Sequence record: DRR723986_9091
Direction: 5' to 3' (one strand)
Length of the DNA: 32,941 nt
In this document: in pieces, positions 26,148 through 32,941 of the stretch
How the letters are laid out: each line of letters starts with the position of its first letter
Numbering within the stretch: the first letter of the stretch is position 1
The notes under the pieces: model-generated
Database searches by the model: none
The model's input: only the letters and a program-made list of their open reading frames with translations
Told to the model about the DNA's origin: nothing
Program-made: the position numbers and the translations under genes

Positions 26148-26809
26148 TGCGGATCATATCGGCACTACGTGGCAACCTTGAGCAATTCATGGCCGAAGAG
26201 CTTGAGGTCGCACGGCGGGCTATCACTGAGGGTGTGGCAACCACGACCAATCGGGTGAAGGTGGCTCAACAGAGAGACGCAATCAAAGGTGGCTTAGGGC
26301 GTCGTGTTGCTAAATCGTGGCGCTCAAACCTCTATCCCAAACGAGGCGTTTCGCTGGGAGCTGCGGGTACTGTTCGAACCAAAGCCCCCGTTTTGATCCG
26401 GGCCTTTGATGAGGGGGCAGTGATCCGGTCAGCAGATGGTTTCTGGATTGCGATCCCAACGCCTTCCGCACCCAAGCGCGGGGTGGATCGCAAGCGAATA
26501 AATCCTTCGAACTTCCCGGAAAGCCGCCTTGGGCCATTGCGGTTTGTATATCGTTCAAGTGGCGTGTCCTTGCTCGTGGTTGACAATCAACGTCTCAGCA
26601 AAGGTAAGCGTGGAGGCTACGTAAAATCCCGAAGTAAAAAGGCTTTGGAGAGTGGGCATGGCCTATCCACAGTGCCAATGTTCTTTCTGGTCCGCCAGGC
26701 GCGTTTGAAAAAGCGGCTTAACAGTAAGGCCATTGCGGATCGCGAAGTCCTGCATCTTGCACGTGACATCGATCAGGCATTCGACCGCCTCTCTCAACGA
26801 AAGAAATAA
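26147..26809 (+). CDS. Minor tail/neck protein (gpZ position, DUF6441-like)
   Basis: Basic protein; GLGRRVAKSWR, AFDEGAVIRS..GFWIAIPT, TVPMFFLV.QARLKKRL. Confidence 0.7.
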   Translation: MRIISALRGNLEQFMAEELEVARRAITEGVATTTNRVKVAQQRDAIKGGLGRRVAKSWRSNLYPKRGVSLGAAGTVRTKAPVLIRAFDEGAVIRSADGFWIAIPTPSAPKRGVDRKRINPSNFPESRLGPLRFVYRSSGVSLLVVDNQRLSKGKRGGYVKSRSKKALESGHGLSTVPMFFLVRQARLKKRLNSKAIADREVLHLARDIDQAFDRLSQRKK

Positions 26810-26811
26810 CT

Positions 26812-27252
26812 ATGCCAACGAGACATGAGGCTATCGTTCTCGGGTTTATCAACGCGATTGACCCAATTACGGCATCGGTTACGCGAGAGCTGGAGTTGCC
26901 AAGGGCGTGTCCAGAACAGGGGTTGGCGAATGTTGTGCCGCAAGACCCTGAGGAAATCGGTTATCAACTTGGCGTCGGAAAAAAAGAATGGTCGCGCACC
27001 ATTCAGGTTGAATTGATTGTCCAGCATCGGGATCGGGATACGCGCCTGCAACGCCTTGATGATCTCTTGGTGGCGCTCAGCGGCCAACTCTTTGGCAGTA
27101 ACTTGGGCGGATTGGTTGATCACCTCGATCTCGGCCCTCCGGTGGATGCCGAAACAATTCCCATGGAAGGGTCGGCTTCCCTCAGCGGTGCCATCGTTGA
27201 GATCGACCTTCTTTATGAAACTTCTGAAAATTCAATGGAGATCCAGTCATGA
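26812..27252 (+). CDS. Tail terminator-like protein (gpU position)
   Basis: Acidic 146-aa protein directly before the tail tube gene. Confidence 0.6.
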   Translation: MPTRHEAIVLGFINAIDPITASVTRELELPRACPEQGLANVVPQDPEEIGYQLGVGKKEWSRTIQVELIVQHRDRDTRLQRLDDLLVALSGQLFGSNLGGLVDHLDLGPPVDAETIPMEGSASLSGAIVEIDLLYETSENSMEIQS

Positions 27253-28229
27253 TCAATGTTCGCGGCGATGAAGCCAAACTCTTATCCCGTGTCCAAAGCG
27301 CGTTCGGCACAGCCGAAAGTGCGGGGGCTGGCAAGTTTTATCACTTGCCGTTTTACAACTATAACGTCACCCCATCTGGAGAGCTGAACGAGGATGATGC
27401 AATCTATGGGGATGCTTTTCCCGGCGATGCTGTTGATGGCTTGCGCTCTTTGAGCGGCAATGCGGTTGTGCCGATGGGGTTAAACTCGATCGGGTGGCAT
27501 CTTAGAAACCTGTTGGGCGCTCCGGTTACTAGCGAAATTGAAGTCAACGAAAAATACCAACATGTGTTTACTACATCGGCGTTGCCATCGGTTGGGCTGC
27601 TTACTCAGTGTATCTCCCATTCGCGCGCTGACATTCATTTTGTGCAAGACAGTCTTGCGTATTCAGGAATAGATTTGAACGCCCGAAAAAATAGCGAGCG
27701 GGCCCGCGCCACGATTAACGTGATTGGGCGTGAAGAGGTTCCCGCCGTCGCGTCTCTCGACAGTGCGCCTGTAGAGTTTGCTGAAGATCCCAAGCCCGTT
27801 GGTTTTGCCGGCGTTGCTTTGATCGATGACGCTGAGGCTGCGGGTCTTACCGGGGTCAACTTATCTCTCACTAAGGGGATCGAAGCGGATCAGGAAACGT
27901 TGAATGGTGTCGCAACAGCTGGTGACATTGATGTTGGAATGTGGGGGTTGTCAGGTTCACTAGACGCCCGTTTCAAAGATCGCGCGCTTTATGACAAAGC
28001 CAACTCCGGCGCAAAATTCAAGCTGGTTCAGAAGTGGGTTTTGAACGCAACCTACTCGTTGGAAATCATTTCACACAATGTGCGCCTCGAACGTACAGGC
28101 ATCCCCGTTGATGGGCGCGGGGTCATCAGTTCAAGCTTCAGCTGGCGGACCAACCGGCCGGATGCTGGACAACCGGTTCTGACAGCGATCTTGAAAAACA
28201 AGGTTGCTGATTACAACAACCCGACCTGA
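27249..28229 (+). CDS. Tail tube (major tail) protein
   Basis: 326 aa, beta-rich; IGWHLRNLLGAP, YQHVFT, LSGSLDARF; precedes the chaperone and tape measure. Confidence 0.75.
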   Translation: MINVRGDEAKLLSRVQSAFGTAESAGAGKFYHLPFYNYNVTPSGELNEDDAIYGDAFPGDAVDGLRSLSGNAVVPMGLNSIGWHLRNLLGAPVTSEIEVNEKYQHVFTTSALPSVGLLTQCISHSRADIHFVQDSLAYSGIDLNARKNSERARATINVIGREEVPAVASLDSAPVEFAEDPKPVGFAGVALIDDAEAAGLTGVNLSLTKGIEADQETLNGVATAGDIDVGMWGLSGSLDARFKDRALYDKANSGAKFKLVQKWVLNATYSLEIISHNVRLERTGIPVDGRGVISSSFSWRTNRPDAGQPVLTAILKNKVADYNNPT

Positions 28230-28236
28230 TAGCGGA

Positions 28237-28737
28237 ATGGTTTTGAGATTGGGACGCTCGTTGAATGTCGAGCGCAATATTCCCGTTGGGTATGGTGTGG
28301 TCTTTTACATCAAGCCGTTCAGTTACAGTGACTTCAAAGAAGTTGAGGCTTCAGCGCAGAGGATCGCGAGAAATACGGCATCCGAAGCGGAGCAAATCGA
28401 AGTTGAAAGTGTCGATGATGAGGATCTGTCACCGGAAACAGAAGATTCCGTGAAGGCGCGGTACTCACAAGCCTTGCTGATGGGTCTGCTTTTGCGGTTT
28501 GGGGCAGGTTGGGATGGTGTCGTCTTGGCATCTGAAGACGTGGATGAAGCCCCCTTGATTGCGTCTGTGCCGGAAAGCCCTGCGCCTTTTGTGAAATCTC
28601 GGATTGAGGAATTCCTCAAACTGTTTCCTGGCGTTGCGCTGACGCTGCAACATGAGTTGCTCGCACCCTATCAGGCGGTTGCCCTTGAGGGAAAAGGCTC
28701 CGCGCCCTTGCTAAATACCGATACTCCGGTGGGCTAA
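28237..28737 (+). CDS. Tail assembly chaperone (gpG-like)
   Basis: ATG 28237; lies between tail tube and tape measure; slippery G-GGA-AAA near its end. Confidence 0.75.
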   Translation: MVLRLGRSLNVERNIPVGYGVVFYIKPFSYSDFKEVEASAQRIARNTASEAEQIEVESVDDEDLSPETEDSVKARYSQALLMGLLLRFGAGWDGVVLASEDVDEAPLIASVPESPAPFVKSRIEEFLKLFPGVALTLQHELLAPYQAVALEGKGSAPLLNTDTPVG

Positions 28738-29045
28738 ATCATTGTGCAGGCTGCGCTGCGGCGCCGGAATATGCCTGCGCAAGGTTTGGTGGTGAGGGCG
28801 CATGTCCCGAAGATACACGACGCCCCCGATCGGTGGAGGGGCGCAAGTTTGCTGAAAGCGCCCATGCTCTGCGCAGCCAGATGCGCGCAGGAATGAGCGG
28901 GCCGGTTGGGCTTGATGCCCAGGCGTGCCTTACGCTGATGGGCGCGCAGGGCATTCCAACAGAATTTACATCGCTATTTCTTCCATTTTGGGAGGCTGGG
29001 ATGCTTGAGGCGTTCGAAGAACAGAGGTCGGAAAAAGAAGTATGA
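28689..29045 (+). CDS. -1 frameshift extension of the tail chaperone (gpGT-like)
   Basis: The -1 frame is open from GGGAAAA (28689-28695) to TGA at 29045. Confidence 0.75.
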   Translation, partial: GKRLRALAKYRYSGGLNHCAGCAAAPEYACARFGGEGACPEDTRRPRSVEGRKFAESAHALRSQMRAGMSGPVGLDAQACLTLMGAQGIPTEFTSLFLPFWEAGMLEAFEEQRSEKEV

Positions 29046-32000
29046 GCAAGCAAACACGGAGTTACGTGATCCGGCTTGGTGCGGAAAATCATAAGCAGCT
29101 AGAGCGCGATTTATTGGCTTTGGGTGTTTCTGGCGAGAAGTCTCTGAAGGCGATCCAAAAAGCGACACGTCCAGCAAGTGACGGTCTAAAGAAAACGGAT
29201 CGTTCTGCCCGTGGACTACGTGACGGGTTGAAATCCATCTCTCAAGAGCTGCCAGCTATTCAACGCCTGTCTCGTTTTCTGGGTACAACGGCACTGGCTG
29301 GCGGCTTGGTTGCCTTCGGAAAATCATCTTTGGATGTGGCTCGATTGTTTCAAGCATCCATGAAGCGCGTGCAGGGGGTCACACGGGCTTCTGCAGATGA
29401 CATGGCCTTACTGGACGCCAAGGCGCGTGCAATGGGCGCTGCGACGGCGTTCAGCGCCTCTCAGGCCGCTGACGCGATGGAGGTTTTGGCCAAAAACGGG
29501 TTGTCGGTCCAGCAGATCCTTGGGGGGGCTTTGGACGCTACCTTAGCAATGGCTTCGGCGCTGGGTTCAGAATTGGGCCCCTCAGCGGATCTGGTCACAG
29601 ACTTGATGTTGCAATTCAAACTCGAAGCCAAGGAATTGCCGCGCATAGCTGATGCGGTAGCTGGTGCGGCGTTGACATCAAAATTTGGGTTTGACGATTT
29701 GCGTTTGGCAATCGGGTAGGCGGGGGGCGTTGCCGGGAAATTCGGTGTCGATATGACTGAATTTTTGACCAGTTTGTCTGCGACGTCATCCGCTTTTGCA
29801 TCGGGTTCTGACGCCGGAACCAGTTTCAAAAACTTTTTGGCTCGATTGGTGCCGCAAAGCAAACAGGCCAGTGCTGCTATGGCGGAACTTGGTTTGGAGT
29901 TCTTTGACGCTGAAGGTCAAATGAAATCCATGGATGAGATTGCGGAAGAGCTGAAACAGGGTATCGCTGGATTGTCAGAGGTGTCTCGAAACTCTTCTTT
30001 ACAAACGATCTTTGGAACTGATGCGATCCGAACGGCTTTGGCGCTTGCTGATGTCGGTGGGGCGGGGTTTCGGGATCTTGCAAAGGGTCTCAGTGAGGTT
30101 TCAGCACAAGAGCAGGCCGAGGTTAGGCTGCAGGGTCTTGAAGGGGCCTTGAAAGAAGTTTCAGCAGCGTGGGAAGCGCTGCAGTTAGAGTCCGCGCAAA
30201 GTGGCGGTCTTGATGTGGCCGAGGCGACAGTTGATCGGCTTACAGAGGCGTTGCGCTATCTGGCAGAGAACTTTCCTTTGGTCGAAGAGGCCGCAAGCCG
30301 TGTGGCTCAGGCTTTGACGGTGGTTCTCGTTGGGCGTGGCATAAAATTCGCGACCACTCAGGCAATTGCGATGCGCGCAGCTTACATCGAATTGGCCGGC
30401 CAAGTTACAGGGGTTGGGACTGCGGCATCGCGCTCGATCGGGCCGCTTACACGGTTGGGGGTTGTAGGACGCGCTTTGACGGGTGTTCTTGGCGGACCGC
30501 TCAGCCTGGCTATCACTGCAGCCTCATTGCTTGCCTTTGGACTGGATACCGATCGGGCGTCAGATGCGTTGACGAATTCAAAAACGGCCTCTGGTGAAGC
30601 AGCGTCGGCAATAGACGCATACGCCAAAGCAAGCCGACAAGCTGCTGAAGAGCAAGGCAAGCTGGGTGGTAAAGTTTCTGCCACAACAGCGCAACTGTTG
30701 CAGCAAGGGCGGGCCGCAGTTCAGGTCGCATTGGACAACCAGCGTGCGGCGCAAGAAGAGCTGTTGGCAACCGCACAAGGGGCAGGTTTGCTCAATTCGG
30801 ACCACGTCGCGCGGGCTATTAATGACATTTACCGTGCTGCTGGTGACGCCTGGATACGATCTGGCGCGCAAGGGGCTATGCCTGAGATCAATTTTGATAC
30901 GATGGCATACGAAAACCTTGGCCCTGTGTTTGATCAGGTTGTTGAATCGCTGGAGGCTATTCGAAGCGGCGATAAGACGTTTCAGGAGATTTCCAAGGAG
31001 CTGCAGATTGTTGCTGGGGCGGGCGAGGAGGCATTGTCTGCAATTGAGTTGTTGGACAACGCGATGGCCGGCGTTGCTGCGAGTGATTTGGACACTGCAC
31101 GGGAACATCTCGCCAAACTTGCGCAACAGATTGGCGGGTTCGATCGAGAACTCGACGCGATCGGAAATAGCAAATCAGAATTTGAATTGGTCAACGCCTA
31201 TCAAGAGTTGCGCATGGCCATGCAAAATGCAGCCGCCGCTGGAAAACTCTTAAGGAAGGGTGGTGAAGAGGGGGTCCTAGGGTTGGTCGAAGCGCTGGCC
31301 AAGGGCGAATTGAAGCTTGATGATCTACGGTCCGCGCTCGACGACACTTGGAACGCCAGTAAAGAAAAACCGGAAAAGACATTTGTCGAACAGATCAGTG
31401 ATGACGCAGATGTAGCTCTGAAAAAGCTGGACAAGATACGTGATGCTCATCGGGAATATGCAAAATCCCGGATGGTTGGCGGCGTACCTGAGAGCAGCAA
31501 TCGGGTTCTGAAACAAGTTGCGTCCGCGTCAGACGGCACGGAAGCCTCGGCGCAAATCCTCCGGTTCTTCGAGGGGTTTCGAGCGACACCATATTGGGAC
31601 GTGAATGCGAACCGCGTCGGATATGGTTCTGACACTGTGACCTTGGCAGATGGGACGGTCCGTCAGGTGACTGAAGGGATGCGCGTTAGCGTTCAGGATG
31701 CCAATCGCGACCTTGTTCGCCGGATTGGTGAGTTTCACACTGTGATCGTTGGCAAGTTGGGGCGCGAGCGGTTTGAACAACTGACCCCTGCACAGCAAGG
31801 CGTGGTCACGTCGCTTGTCTATAACTACGGGCAAGGTGAATTTTCCGAGACGGGGGATTTGAAAGAGGTGCTGGCGGCGCTGCGCAATGGGTCTAACCCT
31901 GATGTTGCGCAATCAATTCGAGGTTTGAGAAACCATAATGGGGGCGTGAACTCTGGCCGACGACTGACTGAGGCGCGCGTGTTTTCCCAAAACGTGGGAG

Positions 32001-32941
32001 CAGTGGAGCAAGCGGACCGGACCCAGAAAGAAACTCAAACCGCACTGGAGCAGCGCAAACGTGCGGCAGAAGCGCAAGCCAAGGCGCTTCAGGATCTGAT
32101 TGCAGCCGGGAAGGAGCAGGAGGCGCAGTTGTCGCTGGAGATTTCCTTGACCGGGAAAACCGCGTCTGAGCAAGCCCGCCTGACCTACGTTCATCAGGCT
32201 CTGACACAGGCGAAGCAAGCGGGTTTCGATGTTGATACTAAAGTGCTGGATGATGGGCGTCGTTTGATTGATGTGATCAACGAACAGGCTGACGCGATCG
32301 CCAAGCGAACTGAAGCGCAGAGCAGGGGAAGCGAAACCTCTGACTCAGAATTGCGAAAAATCCAAGAATCCAGTGACGCGGTGCGCAGCGCGTTCGACAA
32401 TTTCAAGAGAGGCGGAGAGGGATGGCGCGGGTTCTTGGACGACCTTCTGGGGCACATTACTGACAAGCTTTGGGATATGGCCTTTGATCCAGTTTGGGAT
32501 TTCTTAGGCCAGCTTATCGAAAGTGCTTTTGCTAATATCGGGAGCGGGTTCGGCCCACTACCGCAGCCAGCTGCGGCTACAGGTGCCGGCTTGCAGACCC
32601 TAGCGACGGGAGGGCGTGTTCAGATTGGGGGGCGGGCGTCAGGCCGGATCAAGGGGGCTGGCCATCGTCGTCAGGACAATATCCTGCTTTGGGGATCCCG
32701 CGACGAGTTCATGCAACCTGCTGCGGCGGTGGATCACTATGGGCTTGATTTCATGGAGGCTATTCGAAATAGGCGTTTGCCCCGCCTTGCTGATGGTGGG
32801 TCTCTGGGAGGGCAGGCGGCGACTGTCTGGTCAAGGGCTGGGGCTCCTGACAGATCCGGTGATACCAGCATTGTGTTCAACGACTATTCAGCCGGCGTTG
32901 CAATCGAACAGAAAGAAACCCGCGACGCGGACGGCAATCGC
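29042..32941 (+). pseudogene. Tail tape-measure protein (TP901-like core + GH24 lysozyme-like domain), interrupted by an in-frame TAG; runs off the window
   Basis: A single frame from 29042 to the end of the window with one TAG at 29717-29719; tape-measure motifs on both sides (TAFSASQAADAMEVLAKNG; GSDAGTSFKNFLARL; LGLEFFDAEGQMKSM; TIFGTDAIR). Confidence 0.85.

Larger units (their letters stand above)
7792..32941. mobile_element. Lambda-like temperate prophage (siphovirus type), right end outside the window
   Basis: att-int-xis, cI/cro, replication, cos, terminase, portal, S49 protease, capsid, tail and tape-measure genes in lambdoid order. Confidence 0.97.

Noticed and set aside
30666-31253. 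195-aa + strand ORF and the minus-strand ORFs between 29461 and 32466
   Set aside because: These are alternative-frame shadows of the continuous tape-measure frame.
17826-32941. Phage-wide TAG-to-Gln recoding (genetic code 15)
   Set aside because: There is only one in-frame TAG in about 15 kb of late genes. xis and the 12578 ORF end sensibly at TAG, host usg and pgl use TAG as stop, and no suppressor tRNA is visible in the window.
17826-32941. Gene transfer agent (RcGTA-like) cluster
   Set aside because: Integrase, att core, cI/cro, cos and lambda-family GpA/portal/gpE genes indicate a temperate phage, not an RcGTA-type cluster.

Overview
Rhodobacteraceae (Ruegeria/Roseobacter-like) chromosome. 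Bases 1-~7650 are host genes: usg, a radical SAM enzyme, zwf-pgl-pgi, a thioesterase and a DmdB-like acyl-CoA ligase. From ~7790 to the end of the window lies a lambda-like temperate siphovirus prophage whose right end is outside the window. It begins at a 19-bp tRNA 3'-end att core and continues through integrase/excisionase, an early-left operon with an orphan C5-methyltransferase-like gene, a cI/cro switch with 18-bp palindromic operators, and a replication region with phased iterons. After that come a Q-position gene with a pR'/tR'-like unit, a cos site closely resembling that of lambda, lambda-type head genes, and tail genes with a -1 frameshift chaperone. The tape-measure gene (at least 1300 codons, mostly missed by the ORF track) carries an embedded GH24 lysozyme-like domain and is interrupted by a single in-frame TAG. 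No clearly novel multi-gene system is provable from sequence alone. The best leads are the amber-interrupted tape measure, the att site with arm-like repeats on both sides, the lambda-like cos and several uncharacterised lysogen cargo genes.
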